This document shows, piece after piece, positions 1 through 7,745 of a stretch of DNA of 51,090 nt. Under the pieces are notes generated by a model, which saw nothing but the letters and a program-made list of their open reading frames with translations, was not told the DNA's origin and ran no database searches. Numbering within the stretch: position 1 is the first letter of the stretch; each line of letters opens with the position of its first letter. The translations under genes were made by a program, and so were the position numbers. The stretch comes from a virus (lineage: Duplodnaviria; Caudoviricetes): the IMG/VR virus record IMGVR_UViG_3300005326_000743, positions 1 through 51,090 of that record. One strand, written 5' to 3'.

Positions 1-438
1 TTAAAAAGTTTCTTCGATATGGCCGGTGGGCCAGTAGAATGGGCAGTTGACGTGAATTCCCGGGTGAGGAATCCCGTTGGGGTTGCTGCCGGTCCAGTTC
101 CAGCAAAGTACCGCCGGAGTTCCGTTGGGGCAATTTCCCACCCCGTAATTGATCACCAGATAAGGATTACCGATGGGGCACAAGGGTACAGCTTTTAAAT
201 ATCCGTCGGTGACTAAATAACCGACATCCCGGTTGGAACTGTCCGGGACGTATTTTCCATTATGGTCGTTGGCATACATATCCATTCCTATGCCGATATG
301 CCTCAGGTTGGTCTTACAGGCGTTCAGGGCTGCTTTATTCCTGGCTCCGCTCATTTTAGGAATGAGAATAGAAGCCAGGACTGCGATAACCGCCACCACG
401 ATGATCACTTCCACCATGGTAAACCCGCGTTTTTTCAT
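1..438 (-). CDS. Host type IV pilin / type II secretion pseudopilin-like protein
   Basis: Prepilin N-methylation motif KRGFTMVEVIIVVAVIAVLASILIP; ATG at 438 after GAGGTGG; lies outside the left att core. Confidence 0.9.
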   Translation of the reverse strand: MKKRGFTMVEVIIVVAVIAVLASILIPKMSGARNKAALNACKTNLRHIGIGMDMYANDHNGKYVPDSSNRDVGYLVTDGYLKAVPLCPIGNPYLVINYGVGNCPNGTPAVLCWNWTGSNPNGIPHPGIHVNCPFYWPTGHIEETF

Positions 439-569
439 CTCCACCTCATGAAAACATCCCGATAGTTTTATGATTTAATTGTAATGAAAATTAAAGAAAA
501 ATACAATGCCGGTTTTTTGGGGGGCAGGCGGAGGCAAGGTGGAGATGATTGCTCGGGAATGCAGCCTTG

Positions 570-602
570 AAACAAAGAACGGGCCTTGGCTTGAAAGACC
601 CG
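570..602 (-). terminator. Intrinsic terminator, probably of the host tRNA gene before integration
   Basis: Minus strand CGGGTCTT-TCAAGCC-AAGGCCCG followed by TTCTTTGTTT, 15 nt beyond the left att core. Confidence 0.65.
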
Positions 603-617
603 ATTTTACTTAAGTAG

Positions 618-630
618 AGTGCCGGGAGGG
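618..630 (+). repeat. Left att core AGTGCCGGGAGGG
   Basis: Exact match to 51070-51082; GGACT follows both copies with a 1-nt offset. Confidence 0.9.
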
Positions 631-650
631 TGGACTGTCCGAAATCAGAC

Positions 651-661
651 AAAGGCATAAC
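651..661. repeat. attP arm inverted repeat AAAGGCATAAC (partner 51045-51055)
   Basis: Exact reverse complement of GTTATGCCTTT at 51045-51055; the two flank the core in reconstructed attP. Confidence 0.75.
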
Positions 662-755
662 AACTTTTGAGGTGGTTTACCGGTACGCCAGGGGCTGAAA
701 ACGCGACATCCAGTTTGATATTTTTTGTCACGCAGTTTGATTCTTTCTTTCGGAC

Positions 756-791
756 AAAAAAAATCCCCCTCGGGTGACCGAAGGGGATTTT
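756..791 (-). terminator. Late-operon intrinsic terminator, possibly bidirectional
   Basis: Minus strand AAAATCCCCTTCGG-TCAC-CCGAGGGGGATTTTTTTT just after the last late gene. Confidence 0.85.
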
Positions 792-808
792 GGTTTCTGC
801 CACAAAAA

Positions 809-3214
809 CTAGCTCGGTGCTGCCCAGCTCGTCCCGCCGGTGCAAACCCGGAGCTTCGGAGTACCGGAATCCATCCAGACCACCATCATTCCCGCGGTTC
901 CTTCCAGGCTGCCATCGGGATCTGACGTGACCGGGGCGTGCAGGCGGGCGCCCAGCTGATCATCTACATATTTTTTGTTGGCAGTCTGGTAGTCAGCGTT
1001 TGGAGCGGAGCTGGGAGTCATTGGCATGGCCCCGAAAGTCATCACCTGGGTTCCCGGCTCGACCGTAAAAATATTTGCATTCGAATCCGTAGTGTCCTGG
1101 AGTTTGAATTTATCCCCATCTGCCCCGTCTACAACAGTACGAAACCCCTGGGCATCGTTAGAGATTTTAAATGCCGGGGGGGAATTCGGCGAAGTGTCGC
1201 CGATATGTAGGGCCTCTTGGATGGCCAGTTCCGCCGAGTACGCCGCCGTCGGTGGCGTGAAGTCAGCTGTCCAGCGAGCTACACCCTTTGAAAATCTGAA
1301 TTCGTCGAAATAGGCTCCGGAATAACCACAGAATTTTATCTCTGAGGTTCCAGTCCACCCAGTAGCGTTGAACGTGCCCCGATTTACTCCATTCAAATAA
1401 AACGCTCCGCTCCCCGCAATGCTGACTAGTGCCACATGATACCAAGTGTCTATCGCCATCTCCGGGACATTTACAATCTGACTCCAGTTCACCCCGAAGG
1501 AGGTCGAATTTATAATTCGCAGCCCATTCCCCATCCCAGAGAATCTAGTGATTAGGTCCGCGTCAAAGAATGATCCAACCCTGACCCAGAAATCCAAAGT
1601 CCAAGTTCCGTCCCCCATATAATAGTACGACTTATAATCTCCCTGGATTTTACCGCCGTCGGAGGAATAAATGCTTTGTGCCCCAAACTGATATTGGCTG
1701 GTTGTTAGGCGCAAGTCCCCCTCTATATTCAGGGGATTCGCGTAGGGGGAACTGTCCACGAGGGTGCCACCCTCAAAATGCAATAACAGCGAGGTGTAGG
1801 CGTCCAACTGCTCTGGGAACGTTCCTATCCCTAAATTGCCAACAGAGCTGAGATACCTAAAATAAGGAATTCCAGCGAAACTGCCGTTTTGGTTGAATTG
1901 GATCTCCTGGTTGGCCCCACCGGGTAGGGTTGTCGGGTCGTCCACCAATTCTGCAGCCCCCGTCGTGGGGTTAGCCCGGAGGAATTTCCCCCGATCGGCC
2001 TCAGCCGCCGCTGAATGATCGGAGGACGAATCCAGCGCGTGCTGGCGGGCATGCTTTTTGCTGATGGCATCCGCGATGTCAGCATCGGCCTTGACGGTGG
2101 AAAGTGCTACCGCGCCCGCCTCGATCCCGCTCAGCTTGGTTTGGTCGGTGAGGGGATATCGCTTGTAAGTGGCTCCGTCGGGCAGATCGTCCTGGGTCTT
2201 GCCATTGAAATATTGGTTGGTCGAGCCTTGGGAGATATTGTCCGTGGTAGCCCCGTGCGGATTCCCCGACGCCTGGGAATGATCGTAGGCGGTTTTTCCA
2301 CGGTCTCCCCGGTAGGCCGTGCCGGAGGTCTCCCCGATCGCGAGAGACTGCGAAATTTCGACATAGCCACTACCGCCCCAGCGATAAGTCAAATTCGTGT
2401 CTTTAGCCACATAGATTTTTCCAGTTTCCCCGGTCGGAGGGAACCCGGTGGAGTTGGTATATTCCAGCACATCATCCACATAGGAAGGCAATTGGTTGGC
2501 GGGAATTGTGCCATCCACCAAGTCGGCCTTATTTCCCAGGGCGATCCCCTGGGCGGTAGAAATCGGCTTGTTGGCATCGCTGGTGTTGTCGCAGTTCCCC
2601 AGCCCCACCTGAGTGGCCGTTACGCCGTGGGGGTTACTCGTGCTGGAAATGTGGCCTTGGATAATGCTATTTTTTGCCTCATAGGTATCATTATGGTTGT
2701 GGTTCCCCGCCGCATACCCAGCCGAGGCGTGATTTCCCCAGCCGTAGGCGGTGTTCCAGTTGCTGATCTGGGTAGTCGTTGGGATGGCATAGCCGGTTGC
2801 AATGCCGAATACTCCGGATGCCAGGCTTAAACCCGAGCCGACCGCTACCGAAAACGCCGCTTGGGCCCGAGCGTTAGTAAAATATTGGCTGGTCGTTCCC
2901 TCGGCCAGGCCGTCGGTAGTCTGCGTATCCAGCCAGGCGGTGACAACAGCCTGAATATACGGAGCCAGGTCGGCCTGGGATAAAATATTTCCTACAATCA
3001 TTCCCCAGGTAGCGGCTCCGCCAATAACTGAGAAAGTGATTGTCTTGGCACCGTTGGCTCCCGTTTGAACCGTCGCCTGTATACCGGCTCCGGCTAGGAT
3101 TTTATTGATTAGAAAATCAGCGGCCGCATCTGCATCGTTGACCTTTACCCGCCCGTCATCGCCAATAGTGAAGGTGATCTCTTCAGTTTCTAAATTGATG
3201 TTTACCTCTTCCAT
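809..3214 (-). CDS. Tail fibre / receptor-binding protein with LamG-like C-terminal domain
   Basis: Phage fibre motifs NPHGVTATQVGLGNCDNTSDANKPIS and KADLVDGTIPANQLPSYVDDVLE; LamG-like LLLHFEG..WYHVALV..FDEFRFSKGVARW. Confidence 0.8.
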   Translation of the reverse strand: MEEVNINLETEEITFTIGDDGRVKVNDADAAADFLINKILAGAGIQATVQTGANGAKTITFSVIGGAATWGMIVGNILSQADLAPYIQAVVTAWLDTQTTDGLAEGTTSQYFTNARAQAAFSVAVGSGLSLASGVFGIATGYAIPTTTQISNWNTAYGWGNHASAGYAAGNHNHNDTYEAKNSIIQGHISSTSNPHGVTATQVGLGNCDNTSDANKPISTAQGIALGNKADLVDGTIPANQLPSYVDDVLEYTNSTGFPPTGETGKIYVAKDTNLTYRWGGSGYVEISQSLAIGETSGTAYRGDRGKTAYDHSQASGNPHGATTDNISQGSTNQYFNGKTQDDLPDGATYKRYPLTDQTKLSGIEAGAVALSTVKADADIADAISKKHARQHALDSSSDHSAAAEADRGKFLRANPTTGAAELVDDPTTLPGGANQEIQFNQNGSFAGIPYFRYLSSVGNLGIGTFPEQLDAYTSLLLHFEGGTLVDSSPYANPLNIEGDLRLTTSQYQFGAQSIYSSDGGKIQGDYKSYYYMGDGTWTLDFWVRVGSFFDADLITRFSGMGNGLRIINSTSFGVNWSQIVNVPEMAIDTWYHVALVSIAGSGAFYLNGVNRGTFNATGWTGTSEIKFCGYSGAYFDEFRFSKGVARWTADFTPPTAAYSAELAIQEALHIGDTSPNSPPAFKISNDAQGFRTVVDGADGDKFKLQDTTDSNANIFTVEPGTQVMTFGAMPMTPSSAPNADYQTANKKYVDDQLGARLHAPVTSDPDGSLEGTAGMMVVWMDSGTPKLRVCTGGTSWAAPS

Positions 3215-3223
3215 ATTCCCTCC

Positions 3224-3556
3224 TTATCTTTTGCACCAAGACAAGAATCCGATAAACCAAGTTTTCTTCTTGCCGGCGGGACTGGTTGTGACGATCTTTC
3301 CGTAATACTCTTTTTCCAAACTCGCGGTTATGGTTGAAGTGAAATTATATACCACTCGGCCAGGATTTTCGCTTACCCGGGTGAGATTAATGGTTGCAAC
3401 TTTAGCGGAGTCCGGATCATCAATTTTTCGTTTGAGCAGTATTGGACTTATCGTCCACCCGGTTATATTCATGGGGAAATTTACCGCTAGATCCCAATCG
3501 TCCCCGGCAGTCTGGGTTTTAAAAATATACTCTCCGTAGGCATAGCTTGTAGACAT
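3224..3556 (-). CDS. Putative virion protein, BppU/Ig-like fibre adaptor
   Basis: Beta-rich 110 aa, directly upstream of the fibre gene. Confidence 0.45.
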   Translation of the reverse strand: MSTSYAYGEYIFKTQTAGDDWDLAVNFPMNITGWTISPILLKRKIDDPDSAKVATINLTRVSENPGRVVYNFTSTITASLEKEYYGKIVTTSPAGKKKTWFIGFLSWCKR

Positions 3557-3557
3557 C

Positions 3558-3845
3558 TCATTTAACCTCCAGGTTAAAATTTCGGGATCCTCCGACCCCT
3601 TCGGATTCTTTCATTTCCCGGGTGACGATAGCGGGAGGGGTAAAGCCGTTTTCTGGCTCAAGCGGAAGGATTTTGGTTTTAAATTCCGCCACCTCTCCGG
3701 GGATTACACGGGCGATTTGCCCAGCCTCTTCTGCCGCTTGCCGCGTCTCTGCCATGCGCAGGGAAAATCTCTGGGCTTCCCCGCCGTCCCGTGGTTCGTT
3801 GGCGAGTTCAAAGGCAACCTCGCAGCCCTTGGGGTCGTCGCTCAT
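3558..3845 (-). CDS. Hypothetical phage protein
   Basis: ATGA overlap with the upstream gene; in operon. Confidence 0.6.
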   Translation of the reverse strand: MSDDPKGCEVAFELANEPRDGGEAQRFSLRMAETRQAAEEAGQIARVIPGEVAEFKTKILPLEPENGFTPPAIVTREMKESEGVGGSRNFNLEVK

Positions 3846-4216
3846 TGGCCCGCTCCGAAAGGGGTTTCAAGTTTGATTTTCTTCTTCCCGCAATTGAAAC
3901 AAATCAGCATATCGCCGACATCCTCTGCACCAATGGCGCATCCGGCATCGGGTTTACCCTGAATCGCAGTCACTATTTCCGAAATCATACCCGGCGCAAG
4001 GGGAAGTTTTTTAACCGCGGCGATGGCGATTGATTTTACAATCCCTCCGCCTAGGGCGATGGGGATTTTGTCGAACCAATTAAAACGGTTCAAAAATCCC
4101 ACTCCAGGGATATTCAGCCCGGTCACCGGGATGAATCCCAGAACCTTATATTTGAGCGGTTCTTCCGAGCTACACCCACACCAGGGGCAGTTACTGTTAT
4201 TTTTTTTGCTGAACAT
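3842..4216 (-). CDS. Hypothetical protein with split Zn ribbon (CPWC...CFNC) and hydrophobic core
   Basis: RBS AAGGAGG; follows the endolysin. Confidence 0.65.
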   Translation of the reverse strand: MFSKKNNSNCPWCGCSSEEPLKYKVLGFIPVTGLNIPGVGFLNRFNWFDKIPIALGGGIVKSIAIAAVKKLPLAPGMISEIVTAIQGKPDAGCAIGAEDVGDMLICFNCGKKKIKLETPFGAGQ

Positions 4217-4233
4217 TTTGGGCCTCCTTAAAT

Positions 4234-4620
4234 TTATTCTACCCAGCGCCGGGGGTAGGAAGTTCCTAAATCGGCATGTACGAATCCCTTGCCGATGTAA
4301 ATTCCGATGCCCATGAACCCGGCTTTTTGCGCCAGGGCAGCCATCTGGTAGAGAGTGAGTCCCTCGATGTGGAAATCCATCGCCAGGTCTTGAGTATGAA
4401 AGCTCGGAGGGTTAACCTCTCCCCCTACTGCGGCATTATGTTCGGGGCAGCGATAAATACAATGGTTGGGATTAATTATTACCGGCTTTCCTGCCAATTC
4501 TCGCATTTTATCAGCAGCCGCCAGGAGCCGCTTGAGATTCTCCGGGTACGGGCCTACTTTTCCGCAACACCGGCAGGCAACCTCGGCCCGGGAGAAGTAT
4601 TTTGAGAGCATTTCTTTCAC
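4234..4620 (-). CDS. Endolysin, peptidase M15 (M15_3/YcbK-like)
   Basis: YFSRAEVACRCCG, YRCPEHNAAVGG, SFH..AMDF and FVHAD Zn-peptidase motifs; next to the holin. Confidence 0.9.
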   Translation of the reverse strand: MKEMLSKYFSRAEVACRCCGKVGPYPENLKRLLAAADKMRELAGKPVIINPNHCIYRCPEHNAAVGGEVNPPSFHTQDLAMDFHIEGLTLYQMAALAQKAGFMGIGIYIGKGFVHADLGTSYPRRWVE

Positions 4621-4694
4621 GGCTTTTTACCCCCTTTGATGATCGATTTGATATTTTTGACCGGAACTTTGGTGAAAACCCGCCCTTTGCCCAT
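4617..4694 (-). CDS. 25-aa cationic peptide MGKGRVFTKVPVKNIKSIIKGGKKP (not in ORF track)
   Basis: RBS AAGGAGG, ATG at 4694, stop overlaps the endolysin GTG (GTGA). Confidence 0.65.
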   Translation of the reverse strand: MGKGRVFTKVPVKNIKSIIKGGKKP

Positions 4695-4706
4695 GTCTAA
4701 TCCTCC

Positions 4707-5198
4707 TTATTTTTTCTCGTCCGGTTTTATGGGCTCCGGGGTTTTAGGATTTTCCCCGCTCATCTGTTTTTGGCAATCTTTTAGCTGGTCGAAAATCGGA
4801 TTTAGCCAAGAGGCGTTAAAATTATAGATTTTCGAAAGAACAAAGAAATTTTCCAAGAAGCTAATAAGCTCGGTTACTGCCACTAATCCAACTAGGCCAC
4901 CGGATATAAGCAAGAATATCTCCCCGCAATGACTAATCTGGTGAGCTGCCGCCATTACCATCGCATAAAGAAAAGCCTTCGCCAATCCATCAATGGCCTT
5001 CTGACTATTAAGTTCTTTTTGTGCGGCAGATCGCCAAGTCCCAGAAATAAAATCAATAAGAATTAGAATAGCCACGGCGTAAAGTGCTGGGGTAATGTCC
5101 CCAAAAAGCAAGGTTACAATAGCTATCCCGACTCCACCCCCGGCTTTAAATGTTTTTTCTGGAAGGTTTTCGCAGATAAGGGTAATAAACTGGCTCAT
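4707..5198 (-). CDS. Holin (Phage_holin_4_1-like)
   Basis: Multiple TM segments, IDFISG..LNS..GLAK and ELISFLEN motifs; start placed at MSQF after AAGGA. Confidence 0.85.
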   Translation of the reverse strand: MSQFITLICENLPEKTFKAGGGVGIAIVTLLFGDITPALYAVAILILIDFISGTWRSAAQKELNSQKAIDGLAKAFLYAMVMAAAHQISHCGEIFLLISGGLVGLVAVTELISFLENFFVLSKIYNFNASWLNPIFDQLKDCQKQMSGENPKTPEPIKPDEKK

Positions 5199-5240
5199 GC
5201 TATCCGCATCCTTTCTGATAAAAAGGCCCGTTCTCAAGGC

Positions 5241-6533
5241 CTAAATTTGTAAAATTCTTAAAATTCCTTTGCCTCCGTTGGCACCAGGGATTGTTAAGCA
5301 AAGCCCCCCGATACCTCCATCAACGGATATCGTTCCATTGTTAACGAGCAACTGAAGGAATAGCAATAAGGCGCCGCCCCCAGCTCCTCCGCCTCCGCCA
5401 TTTGTGGAATGATCTACACCATTTTCACCCTTGGCCAGTATAGCCCCGCCGAAATCAACGATAATCACTCGCGCCTTGATGACGGCCATGGCCCCGCCTT
5501 TGCCACCAGATCCGCCGTTAGAGGTTACATTTTTTCCGGCCCCTCCGCCGCCTCCGATTATTGCCCTGAGTGCCTCGGTGGCAAGAGTTCCTATGTAAGA
5601 ATCTGCTCCATTGCGAGTGCCTGAGTGTACTCCGCCCCCGGCGAGATAAGAAGCAAACCCGCTGGCTATCAACAAATCCAGGCGGTCGGTGGTTAATGCA
5701 TCTCCCCCGGCCCCGGCTGCCGATCCGCCGCCGCATCCCCCTGCCCCGCCCCATGTTCCATGCGTGCCAGCCCCTCCGCTTGTTCCACCTGCCGCACCCT
5801 GGCCACTTACATCGATTTTCCCCCCGTTTTTGACCCGAAGCGTACCGGTAAAGCGGAGCTCCATCACCTTCGTCCAGTTGGCGGGGTATTTTACCGTTCC
5901 CTCGATTACACCGTCGGTGTAATTTTTTACCCCCTCAACTTCAAAAGTGGTTCCAGCCGCAACATAAAGCGGGCCATCTTCTCCAGTTCCTAAATACTGG
6001 CCGGGCCCAGATAAATATTTCTTACAGGCGATGGTCCCGAGCCCCTGGTAAGTTACATAGATCGTTTTAAGTGCATCGGTAGAAGAAAACCGGACATGAC
6101 CAGTTTCGTAATTGATTTGAAATTGCCCGGCAGCAGGAACCACGGCCACTTCTACCATGGAGTTTAACTTGCGGACAATCGCCTGGTCAGCATGAGCCGC
6201 CGGAGTAGTGCCGCCATATCCCCGGGTAACCGTAACCGGGTTGGAAGAGCAATTAACCAAGGCAATTTTTTCACTATCAACTTGAATGATATCGCCGTTG
6301 GTATGCCAAGTAAGGTTTATCAAGGAGAGGGTGGTCTGCGAATCATCAATTGCTCCGTTTAACTTGTCGATAATCTGGGCCGTGGTGGTGCTCGGGCTAT
6401 TCAATTGCGGCTTCTGGACAAGTTGAATCCCTAGTGGGTTCTCAGCAGGGTCATAAATCAGCTCATCAACAATGCTTTCCGGCTCGTAAATCCCGGTCCA
6501 TTGATTTTTTTTCTCATCAATCAGTTCGTGCAT
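5241..6533 (-). CDS. Glycine-rich tail tip/fibre protein
   Basis: Gly-rich C-terminal half; follows the Dit and hub genes. Confidence 0.7.
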   Translation of the reverse strand: MHELIDEKKNQWTGIYEPESIVDELIYDPAENPLGIQLVQKPQLNSPSTTTAQIIDKLNGAIDDSQTTLSLINLTWHTNGDIIQVDSEKIALVNCSSNPVTVTRGYGGTTPAAHADQAIVRKLNSMVEVAVVPAAGQFQINYETGHVRFSSTDALKTIYVTYQGLGTIACKKYLSGPGQYLGTGEDGPLYVAAGTTFEVEGVKNYTDGVIEGTVKYPANWTKVMELRFTGTLRVKNGGKIDVSGQGAAGGTSGGAGTHGTWGGAGGCGGGSAAGAGGDALTTDRLDLLIASGFASYLAGGGVHSGTRNGADSYIGTLATEALRAIIGGGGGAGKNVTSNGGSGGKGGAMAVIKARVIIVDFGGAILAKGENGVDHSTNGGGGGAGGGALLLFLQLLVNNGTISVDGGIGGLCLTIPGANGGKGILRILQI

Positions 6534-6545
6534 ATTATCAACCCC

Positions 6546-7745
6546 TTAAATCTGCTTCAAATTCTGTTCGTTCAGGGCGGTATCGCGTGCGATTTTTAGA
6601 TAAAAATCCTTGGCTATCTGCTCTAATGATGGTTGAGGTGATCCAATTTCAAGGCGTACCGAAATGGTCTGCCCGCCGGTGATTTTGTACTGCACCTTCG
6701 CAACCGGCAGATCGTATTTAACCCCGTCATGATCATAAACTCGGATTTTCCCCCGGGCCTCGATTTTCTCAGGAGGAAATCGTCTATCCGGCCATAACTC
6801 AACTTCTTCAAGGGTAGCCTTTTGCACGGGATCCTTAATTTTTTGCAGCTCATAGTTTCCCCAGCGGAGGGCGTCTCCGGTATCCAAGACATCAGGAGCG
6901 GTCAGTTCTTTCCATTTAAGCCCACGGCGCCCACGGCTGACGGCATCCTCAATCGTCCCTGCATAATTATTTTTGTTCTCCGTGTCGAGTTTCCCGCACT
7001 TAATCAACAACCTGTTGTAGATATCCTTCGTCACGGTTTGGACTGTCAGACCGCCACTTAATTGCCGATCTAAAAATCTATACCAATGAAGATTATCATC
7101 CTGAGGCAGCCAGTAGAATTCCCGCTTTCCGTTAACCCCGTATTGGGCATTTCCGTCCAGCGTGGCCAATTGTTCCAAGGCCTTGTCCACCGCCTGGTTT
7201 AAAAATTCAATCTTGTTAACCTGGTATACAGAGGTGCTGATCATGTCTGGGTTGTAAACAATGCGGCTTTGCTTTGAGATATCGTCAAGCGCGATGGTAC
7301 CGATGATTTCAGACAACCCCTTATTCTCAAAGCTGCGATTAATCGGCAGCCCCTTTATGATATCGAAGAAACCCGATCCTTTAACCACCAGTTTAGTCCC
7401 ATCCGATTGCTTTAAACTGGTATCGTCAATGATCCCCGAATACCAGGGATCCTTATCAAAATATGGATGAACGTCAATGCGATTTGAATGCTCAAAATAT
7501 TCCCGCAGCTCATTATCCACCTCAAGAGTGAATTCCTGGCAACCGTTTGCATCAAGGGTAAATTGCAGAGAGAATATCTGCGGCTTGTCTGACGCAGAAG
7601 AAATCAACGCTACGCGCTTTTCGCCCCGGTCATAAATGCACAGATTGTACCCTTCGTTAAACGGTAGGTCAGCGAAAAGAAAAACAAATTCGCTTTTTCT
7701 CAGAACCGTAGTGCCTAAATTATTGCTGCCAAGCAGGAACGCCAT
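6546..7745 (-). CDS. Tail tip hub / Tal-like protein
   Basis: Position after Dit; size and beta-rich pattern fit siphophage hub proteins. Confidence 0.65.
   Translation of the reverse strand: MAFLLGSNNLGTTVLRKSEFVFLFADLPFNEGYNLCIYDRGEKRVALISSASDKPQIFSLQFTLDANGCQEFTLEVDNELREYFEHSNRIDVHPYFDKDPWYSGIIDDTSLKQSDGTKLVVKGSGFFDIIKGLPINRSFENKGLSEIIGTIALDDISKQSRIVYNPDMISTSVYQVNKIEFLNQAVDKALEQLATLDGNAQYGVNGKREFYWLPQDDNLHWYRFLDRQLSGGLTVQTVTKDIYNRLLIKCGKLDTENKNNYAGTIEDAVSRGRRGLKWKELTAPDVLDTGDALRWGNYELQKIKDPVQKATLEEVELWPDRRFPPEKIEARGKIRVYDHDGVKYDLPVAKVQYKITGGQTISVRLEIGSPQPSLEQIAKDFYLKIARDTALNEQNLKQI

Noticed and set aside
2015-2830. 271-aa plus-strand ORF and many similar antisense ORFs
   Set aside because: Shadow frames of well-supported minus-strand genes, with no motifs
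3558-4216. Canonical Rz/Rz1 spanins
   Set aside because: No N-terminal TM plus coiled coil and no lipobox in these ORFs
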